Source: Planctomycetota bacterium (GTDB taxonomy: Bacteria > Planctomycetota > UBA11346). From it: 64,000 nt of DNA. Shown here piece after piece: positions 1-9,700 of this stretch (position 1 is its first letter; every line of letters starts with the position of its first letter). The stretch covers positions 1-64,000 of the forward strand of contig JBBRLJ010000011.1 in NCBI GenBank assembly GCA_038231435.1. The letters run 5' to 3'. The translations under genes were made by a program, and so were the position numbers. The notes beneath the pieces are model-generated. The model was given only the letters and a program-made list of their open reading frames with translations. It made no database searches and was not told the DNA's origin.

Positions 1-137
1 ATAGCGTCTTCAGCGGACATCGGCGGTCTCCGGTTGCGGTTGTTGGCGTGGTAACCACAACCTGCCGCCCTGGCCGCCGATGTCCTTTTCTATCCCGCTC
101 TTAGAGCTCGATTCCCGATATTCCGTGAAGAACCAAA

Positions 138-207
138 CTTTCTGGCCGCCCGGCGGACAGAAAGAAGGGCGACAAAGGCCGTGGGGGGTTTGGGGGCGGA
201 GCCCCCG
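138..207. repeat. Hairpin plus partial REP-like element downstream of pilin cassette A
   Basis: CTTTCTGGCCGCC-C-GGCGGACAGAAAG hairpin, then CGACAAAGGCCGTGGGGGG...GGGGGCGGAGCCCCC, which resembles the right arm of the 18481-18832 element. Confidence 0.5.
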
Positions 208-216
208 ACTATCAGC

Positions 217-852
217 TCACGGCGACCAGAAGCTCGTCGGCATGGTCGGAGGAGGATCCGTCACGTCGGCGATCGCGTCGCCGTAGGACATCTTCAACCA
301 CTGTCCATTGGCCATGGTCAGGCGCATGATGATATCGTCGCGAGGCTGATCCGGGGTGCCCACCGCTGAACGCAACCAGATCTGGTCGGTGTAGGTGTAC
401 GCGCCCGCGCCACCGCTCTGCTTGTTGATGATTCGCCACACCAGATGGTTGCTGCGGTCGGCGATGGTGTAGGTGTCGAGCACTTGGTCGGAGTCAGCTT
501 GCGTGCCCTTGTCGAAGGGCCCGGGCGGGACGCCCCTGGCCAGGGATTTCTCAGGCAGATCGATGTATGGGACTTTACCGGCCAAGAGCGGATTACGACC
601 GAGGTAAGTCCACGGCGAATCGACGAACGACTGGCTGTATTGCCCGGGCAGATCGCCGATGATCGGGTACGTGCCCAGGTAGTCGTTGAGCGCGACCGTG
701 AGCTGGCTCATCAGGCTGGTGGTCGCCACCTTCTTCTGCTGGCGCTTGAGCATGTTCAGCACGCCGAAGAGCATGCCGCTGAGGATGGCGATGATCGAGA
801 TCACCACCAAGAGCTCGATCATGGTGAAGCCGCGGCGTGGATTGTTCGTCAT
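217..852 (-). CDS. Prepilin-type (class III signal) protein A8, 211 aa
   Basis: MTNNPRRG|FTMIELLVVISIIAIL; ATG overlaps the stop of the upstream gene (ATGA at 849-852). Confidence 0.9.
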   Translation of the reverse strand: MTNNPRRGFTMIELLVVISIIAILSGMLFGVLNMLKRQQKKVATTSLMSQLTVALNDYLGTYPIIGDLPGQYSQSFVDSPWTYLGRNPLLAGKVPYIDLPEKSLARGVPPGPFDKGTQADSDQVLDTYTIADRSNHLVWRIINKQSGGAGAYTYTDQIWLRSAVGTPDQPRDDIIMRLTMANGQWLKMSYGDAIADVTDPPPTMPTSFWSP

Positions 853-2231
853 TTGACCTCGTTGGGCGCAGTGACCAGGCATTTCACTCCACTCTTTTTA
901 CGCAACCGGATGCCGTCCCAAGGGGGAGACGCGAACGCGTTCTCGTTCCAATCCTTGGCGTCAGTGACGAAGCGGATCTGCTTCCAATAATCGCGCAGGG
1001 TGATGGCGTCGTCGCTCGCGATCCACGTCTTCGGCAGGACCAGGCCCGCGACGGCCGGAGTCAGGTCTGGACCAGGATCGCCGACGGCGAGATAGATGGA
1101 GCGGTTGTACTGATACTCCTTCATCGCGCCCCTCATCAGGAAGTCGCGGCGATTCTGGCCGTCGAAGGTGCGCACGAAACGCTCGGGCTGGAACATCGCG
1201 TAGGTGACCACCAATGGATTGCCCCAGGCGTCGTTCCACGGCGACGAGGGCTTGCGGCCCGAGCGGTAATCATCTTCTCCGACGGTGCCAGGCTTGAGCA
1301 CGTCCGCCGCCTGGAGTAGACGGATAGTGGCCAATGGCGACATCCAACCCATGTCGAAGGGCATCGCCACGTTGCTGTTGTGCATGCTGTCCGCGGGGAC
1401 GTAGGCGTTGCCATCGCTGCGATTGCAGGTGGTGATCTGTACATCGGCAGTCTCGGCGGGGCTCGAAGTCGACCACGTCCAGAGACGCGTGGAGACAGGC
1501 GACCCGCAAGTGACCCAGCGGTTCATGATCTGCGGCGAGGACACCACGAAATGGTGACCGGCGTTGATGAACCCTTCGCTCACGGTCTTGCCGGTGTTGG
1601 TCGAGTCGGCATTCGGGTCGCACAGGGTCGCGTCGATCCTGAGTCCAGGTTTACCCCAGGGAAAACGCAGTATCGGAGGATTGCTTCCTGGAGTCGCCAG
1701 GTCCCAATCGGTTTCCGGCCACTGGGAAGGCCAATAAGTGGTGTAGTCCGTGGAAGCCCAAGATCCGACGCCGGGAATCGGCATGACCTCGAACACCTCA
1801 TCCGTGAGCCGTCGCCAGATCGCGAGCCTCTCGGGATCGGTATTGTAGTTGGAGGAATCAACCGTCACGTTCCACGTGGTGGCCGGCGGACCTGGATTTC
1901 CATACCATTCGATGAAGCCAGCCGGCTTGGCGAAAGCCGGCGGATTCGAATCGAGCAGGTTCTTGACCGTCGCGAATGTTTGAACACCGCCGAGATTCAA
2001 CTTCGTCTGCAGACCAACCACCGGGCTGCCGTCGCCGCTGGAATACTGAACGAGGCCATTGAGCACCGCCTGCATGCGCGACTGGGTCGACAGGTCCTTG
2101 GCGCGCTCCTTGACCATGATGATCACGCCGAGCGTCATGCCGGCTAGAATCGAGATGATGGCAATGACGATCAGCAGCTCGATCAGCGTAAAGCCGCGCG
2201 CTACCGCTTGCTGACCGCCGCGCACGATCAC
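849..2231 (-). CDS. Prepilin-type protein A7, GspG-like with large insert, 460 aa
   Basis: ARG|FTLIELLIVIAII; late NDAWGNPL...GDPGPD motif; paralog of 41382-42782. Confidence 0.9.
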   Translation of the reverse strand: MIVRGGQQAVARGFTLIELLIVIAIISILAGMTLGVIIMVKERAKDLSTQSRMQAVLNGLVQYSSGDGSPVVGLQTKLNLGGVQTFATVKNLLDSNPPAFAKPAGFIEWYGNPGPPATTWNVTVDSSNYNTDPERLAIWRRLTDEVFEVMPIPGVGSWASTDYTTYWPSQWPETDWDLATPGSNPPILRFPWGKPGLRIDATLCDPNADSTNTGKTVSEGFINAGHHFVVSSPQIMNRWVTCGSPVSTRLWTWSTSSPAETADVQITTCNRSDGNAYVPADSMHNSNVAMPFDMGWMSPLATIRLLQAADVLKPGTVGEDDYRSGRKPSSPWNDAWGNPLVVTYAMFQPERFVRTFDGQNRRDFLMRGAMKEYQYNRSIYLAVGDPGPDLTPAVAGLVLPKTWIASDDAITLRDYWKQIRFVTDAKDWNENAFASPPWDGIRLRKKSGVKCLVTAPNEVK

Positions 2232-3322
2232 CTCAGCCCGGTCAACAGGTTGTCGCGCAGCGCATCGTGATCGTCGCCGCCGGCGGTATCGGATTCCGCG
2301 TTCGTCTGATAGGTGCCATCATCGCCGGGGGTCCAACGGAAAAAGCCGTCGCGCCCGGCGCTCTCCATGACCAGATTGCCGTTGGACGAGTTGTAGCATA
2401 GGATCTCGTGCCCCCAGGCATCGTAAATCGCCGGTCCGCGCAGCCGGTACGGTTTCCAAGCGGAATCGGTATCGAGCACCAGGGATCCGTCGCGCGCGAG
2501 CTGCGAGTTCCATGACGGCACACTCGGCCCCCACGAGCGCAGGCGATTGTTGCAGATCAACGCAGAGCCACCGACAGCGGTGTTGCCGGTATCGGTGTCC
2601 GCGGTGCGAATGCCTTGCAGCGAGGTCATCTCACTGAGCACTTCGGGTCCGAGAATGTAATCGAAGAGCTTCTTCTGTTCGATCTCGAGCTTGGCCAGGT
2701 CGGTGAGATCGCCCTGGGCCTCGTCGAGGGTGTTCGGGTAATTGATGTTGGTGTATGGAGCACCATCGAGATGGCCATCAGCGGGGCTGCGGTCGTTCTG
2801 CGGCGAGAGCGCCGGCATTCTGCGCACCGAATGGAGACCGAAGCCGGTACCCAGCACGGTCAGGTAGCGGCGCTCCATGCCATAGAGCATCGGCGAATCG
2901 GGAGCGGTGCCGGCATTGCCGCGGTAGCGGTCGGTGGGCATCAGGACGTTGGCCGCCTCGCTCGGATCGATGGTCAACGGGTCGGACGTGCGCAGCGCCT
3001 GTCCGGTGGTCGAGACCGCATCCCCGATGGCGTACAGACCGGTGACCACCACCGAGCGCACGAATTCCGAACGCGGCATGCCCGCGAGTGCGAGGCTGTT
3101 GGCCAAGGGGTGCTCGACCGGCGAGATGTTGACGTTGGTGCGCATCGCCGTGGTGCTGACGCCGACCAGCGCGCCGCCCATGATCGCTTTGGTCTTGTTG
3201 ACCTTGGCGTTCTCGCGCACGTAATTGATCACCGACAGGATCATCCCGGCCAGGATCGCGATGATGGAGATGACCACCAGCAACTCGATGAGGGTGAAAG
3301 CCGCGCGAATGCGTTTGCTCAT
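2228..3322 (-). CDS. Prepilin-type protein A6, GspG-like with insert, 364 aa
   Basis: MSKRIRAA|FTLIELLVVISII; C-terminal DAWG...ESAGRDG...DN motif typical of GspG-like pseudopilins. Confidence 0.9.
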   Translation of the reverse strand: MSKRIRAAFTLIELLVVISIIAILAGMILSVINYVRENAKVNKTKAIMGGALVGVSTTAMRTNVNISPVEHPLANSLALAGMPRSEFVRSVVVTGLYAIGDAVSTTGQALRTSDPLTIDPSEAANVLMPTDRYRGNAGTAPDSPMLYGMERRYLTVLGTGFGLHSVRRMPALSPQNDRSPADGHLDGAPYTNINYPNTLDEAQGDLTDLAKLEIEQKKLFDYILGPEVLSEMTSLQGIRTADTDTGNTAVGGSALICNNRLRSWGPSVPSWNSQLARDGSLVLDTDSAWKPYRLRGPAIYDAWGHEILCYNSSNGNLVMESAGRDGFFRWTPGDDGTYQTNAESDTAGGDDHDALRDNLLTGLR

Positions 3323-3332
3323 GGCCAGCGCC

Positions 3333-4847
3333 TCACCAATTGGGTGGTTCGTGATCGAGACGTTGGACCCAGCGGAAATTTCCGCCGTTGGTCTTGGGCG
3401 CACTGTAACGCAGGCCTTCGGCCGAGCCGCCAGGGCTGATGCCGAAGATGCGGTCCGAATTCTCGTTCTCGGGAAACTGGTTCCGGTGCGCGTCCCAGCC
3501 CGGGAAGGGGCGGACGCTCATCAATGGCATCTGGGGGCGATTGTACACGCGGCTGCCGGACCACGAGTATTTCTCAGGAATGAATCCGCCGCCTTGCAAT
3601 GGCGACCATTCGACACGGTACCAGACCACGCGCGTGGAAGCGCGAGCGGCGTTGAAGTCCGCTTGGCTCACGAACAGGCCCGAGGTGGATGCGAATTCCT
3701 GGCCGAGGCTCACCTGACTGGCGGCCAACCCGTTCGCCGTGCGCCAAGTGTTGAGGTCGGACAGGTCCCAGAAGCGATAGCCGCGCGTGGAACCGACGCC
3801 GCAGGCGACAATGAAGACATTCCAGTTCCTGAGATCGGGGTTCTTGCGGTCCCACATCACCACGCGGTCGTAGGCAGGAGATCCATCGCCATCGTGATCG
3901 GCCTGGATCTCTCGATAGACACGGAACCAGCAGACGTTCTCGCTGCCTGGACGGACCTTCAACTGCACGCTGGTGCGCGTGATCCCGTCATCGACGACAT
4001 GTTTCCAGTCGCCTACGGCGACACCTTGCTGGATTGCGCCGGAGATGAAGTCCGGTTTCTGGCCCGGTGCGCCGGTATACGTGGCATCGTGCCACACATC
4101 GGCCTGCGGCTGGGGATCGAGCGATGCAGTGGCGCCGGACTGTGGCGAGAAGATGGTGTCGGTCCAGGCGATGGGCCAATAGCTGGCCGTAGTCATGGGC
4201 ACTCCGCCAGTACCCGGTTTCAGCAGGATCGGATCGTTGCCGAGGGCCGCGGGCACCCAGGGATTCTCATAGTTGGGCTGACCGTACGGGATCGATCCCT
4301 GTGGCGCGTTCACCGGGTTGTAGGCATAGGTCAACTGGGTCGCGTACGGCGGTTGCACAGGAACCGCCATCGGGAAGCGGCCCACGGCACCCGGACAGGG
4401 CCAGGTGCGCGTCGAGTCGGCGCGCCACGTGCTGTCATCCATGGTCGGGGTGCCGACGTACGCGCCCCATGATCCCTTCCACCAGCTCGGCTGAGGGATG
4501 ACGCCAGTGGCGCCAGTGCTCACGTCGCGCGCGGGGCGCGGCCCGAGCGAGCCATCGCGCACGTCGGTCCACCCGAAGGTCTCTTCGCCCCAGCCGAGTC
4601 GGGACTCTTCCTGGATGAACATCAGGCCGGCATGCAGCATCAGGCGCGCCTGCGCCTCAGCCACAACGATGCGCGTCTCCTGGCTGTCGGCGCGCATGCG
4701 CAGCATGAAGGTCATGGCGATTCCGAGCAGGACCATCGCGAGGCCTGTGACGATGATCAGCACCGCGCCCGCGCGCGTCGCGCTGCTCGCGGCCGCAAGA
4801 CCGGTCGGCATGTCGATGAAATCGTCGAATGGCTTCTCACGGGACAT
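3333..4847 (-). CDS. GspK/PilX-like protein A5, 504 aa
   Basis: RAG|AVLIIVTGLAMVLLG with no Glu5, followed by QARLMLHAG, as in the PilX/GspK N-terminus; paralog of 39866-41344. Confidence 0.85.
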   Translation of the reverse strand: MSREKPFDDFIDMPTGLAAASSATRAGAVLIIVTGLAMVLLGIAMTFMLRMRADSQETRIVVAEAQARLMLHAGLMFIQEESRLGWGEETFGWTDVRDGSLGPRPARDVSTGATGVIPQPSWWKGSWGAYVGTPTMDDSTWRADSTRTWPCPGAVGRFPMAVPVQPPYATQLTYAYNPVNAPQGSIPYGQPNYENPWVPAALGNDPILLKPGTGGVPMTTASYWPIAWTDTIFSPQSGATASLDPQPQADVWHDATYTGAPGQKPDFISGAIQQGVAVGDWKHVVDDGITRTSVQLKVRPGSENVCWFRVYREIQADHDGDGSPAYDRVVMWDRKNPDLRNWNVFIVACGVGSTRGYRFWDLSDLNTWRTANGLAASQVSLGQEFASTSGLFVSQADFNAARASTRVVWYRVEWSPLQGGGFIPEKYSWSGSRVYNRPQMPLMSVRPFPGWDAHRNQFPENENSDRIFGISPGGSAEGLRYSAPKTNGGNFRWVQRLDHEPPNW

Positions 4848-6723
4848 AATAGGGCCCTGCGCCGGTGTCGTAGAAATCGCCGATGCAGGCATCGCTGCTG
4901 TTCGCGAAGCGATGACCTGGGGCGATCGGGCCCTGCGGAGTCAACGGCGCGCTGTACAGGCGCCAATGCTGGCGCGCGCCGCGGAAAGTGGTGCCGAATG
5001 GCATGCAAGTCAGCTCGACCTTCCTGGCGGTGACCGGATCCTCGACGGTGACGCGGGTGACGGTGAGATCCTGCGAACCCGCCACGCGACCGTAACGCAT
5101 GATGCTGGTCTTCATCACCGGCGCCTGGATGGGCTTGGTGGTGTAATCGAGGGGCCTGATCTGGGCAGTCACGTCGGTAGTTGGAGCGGTGGAGGTGCCG
5201 CCGATGGGATCGCAACGCTCGTAATCGGTGGTGTTGTACGGCAGCCACACCGTGGTCGATGTCGACGACACGTCCGAGCGCGTCATGTCCGCGCGCTCCA
5301 TCACGAAATTGATGCCCATCAGCCAGCGCATGTTCTCGTTCGCCGCTTCGGAGCTCGCGTTCCAGTCGAAATCGCCCGTGCCGAGCAGGATCGCGAACGG
5401 CGAGCGGTAAGCCCAGCGATCGAAGCAGCCCTGGTCATAGGAGCCATTCAGCACCGGATAGCAGGGCGGAAGCGGGATGGCCTCGGGGGTGCGGGCATCG
5501 CGCCCGCCATTCGCTGGCGCTGCCATGAAGCGCTCGCCCATGCGCACCGCGAGATCGCACGTGCCGAGATTAAAGCAGTAGTCCCCATTCATTACGTATT
5601 GGAACCAATTCGCACCTTGCGGCTGGAACTGGCCGTTGCGACGGTAGGTGAATGGCGGGAGCGGCAAGGTGGCGAGATTGGAAGTAGTGCCATGGCGGTC
5701 CGTCCACAACAGCGCTGTCCCGGGAGTCATGTACTCGAAAGCACCGAAATAGTTCAAGCGTTGGAAGAGGCTGGTCCACAGCAACGGTTGGTACATGCCC
5801 CAGCCGTTGTCCAATGGGATGTCGATGGTGTTGGTCGTGGTGTCGGCAACCGCGCCCGGCGCCAAGGCGAACTCGAAGTTCTTGATGGTCGTGAGGCCGG
5901 CGGGCGCTGGATCATTGATCGGATAGCGCTTCTCCACGCCAGCTAGCGCCGGATCGCGCATGTCGGTGGCGCTCACCAGCGCGTAATCGCCAATGGCGAG
6001 CCTGGTGTACCCCATGCGCGTCCCGCCGTAATGCAGCACGTGGTAGGGATTGGATACGGTTCCCGAATTCTGGACCTGAGGAGGCAAGGGGGACATGCGG
6101 GAGTACGACCTGGGATCGTGCGCGAGCATGGAATTCGGATTGGGGAGGTAATCGTTCCGGTTGTACGGCTCGGAAAAGTAGTCCTCCTTGATGTCGTTAT
6201 CCCACTCGGGTCTCGCTGCAACCGTGGGCAGGGCATCGTTGTAGTATCCGCAATCGCGCGCCACGCCGGTGAACGGCGCAGCCTCGGCAGGGAAGGGATC
6301 GCGCTCCGCGGTATCGGTGCGGGGCGCATAGCGCACCGGCTGGAAGGGACGTCGCCAGGTGTTCTCGCAGATCGAATCCCCACCGCCGTCATTGGTCGCC
6401 GGGTTGTCGAGACGCGCCTGCTGGCGCATGAATCCCTTGTTGTACGGCGCGTTGGCGTCCGCGTGCGAGTGCCAGTAATCCACGTCCTGGATCGCTAGGA
6501 GGAAACCGGAGCGTAGCAGCGAGTTCTCGGTGCTCAGGGTGTTCGCCGAAGCGATCGCCTTGGTCACCATGCGGAAGCATGACACTGCGGTCAGGACGAT
6601 GATCGAGGAGATCGCCACCGCGACCATTAGTTCGACCAGGGTGAACGCGGACAGGTGCTTGCGCCTGGCAATCGCGGCGAGCGTGGGGACGAGCAGTGCT
6701 GGATGTCGATCGGCTCGTGTCAT
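4837..6723 (-). CDS. GspJ/PilW-position prepilin protein A4, 628 aa
   Basis: LSA|FTLVELMVAVAISSII; paralog of 38050-39876. Confidence 0.9.
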   Translation of the reverse strand: MTRADRHPALLVPTLAAIARRKHLSAFTLVELMVAVAISSIIVLTAVSCFRMVTKAIASANTLSTENSLLRSGFLLAIQDVDYWHSHADANAPYNKGFMRQQARLDNPATNDGGGDSICENTWRRPFQPVRYAPRTDTAERDPFPAEAAPFTGVARDCGYYNDALPTVAARPEWDNDIKEDYFSEPYNRNDYLPNPNSMLAHDPRSYSRMSPLPPQVQNSGTVSNPYHVLHYGGTRMGYTRLAIGDYALVSATDMRDPALAGVEKRYPINDPAPAGLTTIKNFEFALAPGAVADTTTNTIDIPLDNGWGMYQPLLWTSLFQRLNYFGAFEYMTPGTALLWTDRHGTTSNLATLPLPPFTYRRNGQFQPQGANWFQYVMNGDYCFNLGTCDLAVRMGERFMAAPANGGRDARTPEAIPLPPCYPVLNGSYDQGCFDRWAYRSPFAILLGTGDFDWNASSEAANENMRWLMGINFVMERADMTRSDVSSTSTTVWLPYNTTDYERCDPIGGTSTAPTTDVTAQIRPLDYTTKPIQAPVMKTSIMRYGRVAGSQDLTVTRVTVEDPVTARKVELTCMPFGTTFRGARQHWRLYSAPLTPQGPIAPGHRFANSSDACIGDFYDTGAGPYYVP

Positions 6724-6725
6724 CC

Positions 6726-9700
6726 TCAATTTCCCGAATGGAGCCGGAGTACCGGATCATAGAACTCGAAATCCGCCACGCGGACGGCCTTCATGCGCGC
6801 TGAACGTGGAACGGGCCCGAGGTCGAGCACGCCGTTGCCGTTGCGGTCAGCACCCCAATGGCCGAGATGCACGTCGGCGGTCACTGGCTGGCCATTGGTC
6901 GGATCCGCGTCGGCGGTGTCCACGTCCGCGGGCAAGGCCGGATATCCGCCGACCGCCCAATCTGGATATTGCTTGTTCAGACCGGAACGCGGCTTTCCGA
7001 GCGCGCCCACCCAATTCTGGTAGAGGTAGCCGGCGCTCTCACCGCCAACGACATCGACGTAACGCTGTTGCCGCGATGGGTCGGTCCACATGTACAACGA
7101 CTCAGGCGGACCTACGAGCGGGCTGTGACCGAATTCGACCCACGGTGCGATGAAATCGTAGTTGTTGAGCGCGGTGCTGTGCCGCAGATGCCGGCCGTGC
7201 TTGGCGAAATCGATCGGAGCGCTCGGAGCGGTCTCGGCGTCTTCGTAGGATTTCCAATCCGCCGACCAGAAGGTGAGCGACCGGCAGCGGTGGAAGGGCT
7301 CGAAGGCCTTGGTCAGCCAGAAACGCTTGTTGTCATTGCTCGCCGTCGGGGGCGAGAGCTGATTGTTGTAGACCATCTGCTCGAAGAAATCCTGACGGTC
7401 CTCGCCGGGACCGAGGTGGGTCATGGCCCGGTGGCCAGCCGTTGGCGGGGCGGGATAGAACCAGGCGTCCGGCACAGGGTTGTTGGGCACCATCCAGCGG
7501 TAGAAGGATTCCGAGCGACGCGCATCCAACGCAGCGACCGAGCCATCCTGGGTCGGCGGATGCTGGGGGCGGCGAACGGCCTGGCCATCGCTGCTCGAGG
7601 TACCGGCGTCGTAGAAGAGGTCGTACAGCGCGAGCGGCTTGTCCATCATGATCTGGCGATTGGCCGGACGCGGCGCGCCGCAATCGCCCGGAGTCTCCGC
7701 CGCGTAGGCAGCGGCCCACTCGAGGGACATCTCATAGACCTTCCGCGCGAAGGCCATGTCGCGGGGATTCGCCACGCGACGAACCAGGGTGTCTTTGTGC
7801 AGCGACACCGGATCCAAGTCCACATCCGGGACAATCTCGCGCGCGTCGTTGTACTGCAGCGGATACCGCGGAAGGGGTGGAGTGATCTCGATGGTCATGA
7901 CGTTGGCGGGGCCGCCTGGGATCGCCGACGGCAGCGGGCCGCCTTCGCCCACGCCGTTCACCGACTTCACATGGAAGGTCTGGCACTTGTACATGAGGTT
8001 GGGGTACTTCGATCCGGGCGGACCCGGATCCCACGTCCACCAAGCGCCAGGGCCATCGGGATCGTAGCGCCCGTCCCATTCGTCTTTGGGATCATCGTGG
8101 CTCCACATATAATTTTGTATGCAGCGCGACCGCGCGTTGGGATTGGATGAGTCGCCCGTCTTGGGGGTGTAGATACTGGGACGGCCGTAACGGTACCACC
8201 ACTGGTAATAACTGATCTGCAAGACGATCTCGTCGCCTGGGTAGACCACCCAGGAATGATTGGTGTCATTTTTGAGATGGATGAGGGTCGCTCCCGGGGC
8301 TTCGTTCTGGGCCAAGACCAGGGCATCCTTGGTGATGCCCTGGGTCGGTACCGGCTGAGAGATGGGCCACTGCTGGATCCAATTGTTGTCCCACATCCCA
8401 CCGACCCAGTGATTCCATGCGAATGGACGCTCCCAATCCTGGATGGTCGGATCGGTGATCGGCGGGACGGCGGCCAGGCCTGGAGGCACGCCTCCGACCG
8501 GGATCGCCGCGCCGGAGGTGGCCGGCAGGACTCGGGTATCGACGTTGCTTGAGTAAGGGGCGCTGGCTAATTGCCCGAAATTCAAGGGCCCGCCGCCTGG
8601 AGCGCCATAATTCTTCCTCAGCGCCGTGCCTCGCTGTGTCGCCCATAGGCTCGTTTCAACGCTACCCGGCAGATCGAGCGACACGTCGTAGGTCCAGTTC
8701 AGGCATTCCCACGGCACTTTCATGACGTCCATGCGGCCTTTGTCCGAACTCTGCTGCACGTCAGCGGCGAACGGCGGCGAATACCCGGTGACCATCATCG
8801 CCGCGTGCGCGAGATAGCTCAGCGCCAGGACCTGGGCTGGGTGGATCGGCAAGTCGCGGGGATCGAGATCCTTGGGATGGATGAATTTGAACTTGTCGAG
8901 CTCGGTTGGAGCGAATTCATACTTGTTGCAGTCGACCTCGGTCCCACCGTCGCCATCATCGACCAACGCTCCACCGTTCTTGCGCATCTCGTCGAGTGGG
9001 GTGGTCGAGAATCGCGGCATGACCGCTTGCCACAGGTCGATCGCGCGATCGCGGTAATTGGCGCGCATCTCATACGTCGCCGGCGGCATGACCGTCTTCG
9101 GGGCCCCGGCCTTCCACGTGAGGTTGACCAAGTCATCCGGGGTCCAGATGCTGCAGTTCGGTCCTGACGGGTGCTTGGAGAAGTATTCTCCATCGCCAGG
9201 GCCTGGGTTCCATGGACCCGGGTGGGATGTCCTCCACGGAAAAGCCCACGGTTCCCACAAGTAGGATCCAGCCATCTCCCAGAACTGCATGTTCTGCAGT
9301 CCCTGATAGGATTGGAAATCGGGATTCGTCAGCATCGCGCGCACCGGCAGCCACCCTGAACGATGATAGATCCCAGAATAGCCGTTGCGCGATTGCGTGG
9401 TCAGCAACGCGTCATTGCCACCGGCCAGCTTCTGAAACGCGAGCCAGGCGCAGTTCGGGACCGTGGGCGATACCGTACCGTCCTTCCAGATGCTGCTTCC
9501 GAGCTTATTGGCGAAGAACCGCCAGTTGCGGCCCTGCCAAAATCCATTGCCGTGGTACTGCGAATTGCCGGTGTTGAGCACATCGTAGTTCAGGTAATCG
9601 TGATCCCAGTCCGGATGATCGATCGGATTGTTCGGGAAGTAATTGTCCTGCTCCTGCCCGGGGCGCATCGGTTTGCTGAACCGTACCGGCTCATAGCGAC

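Noticed and set aside
1..35. Possible minus-strand gene start (MSAEDA) with GGAG RBS at the left edge
   Set aside because: Only six codons are visible, which is not enough to support a call
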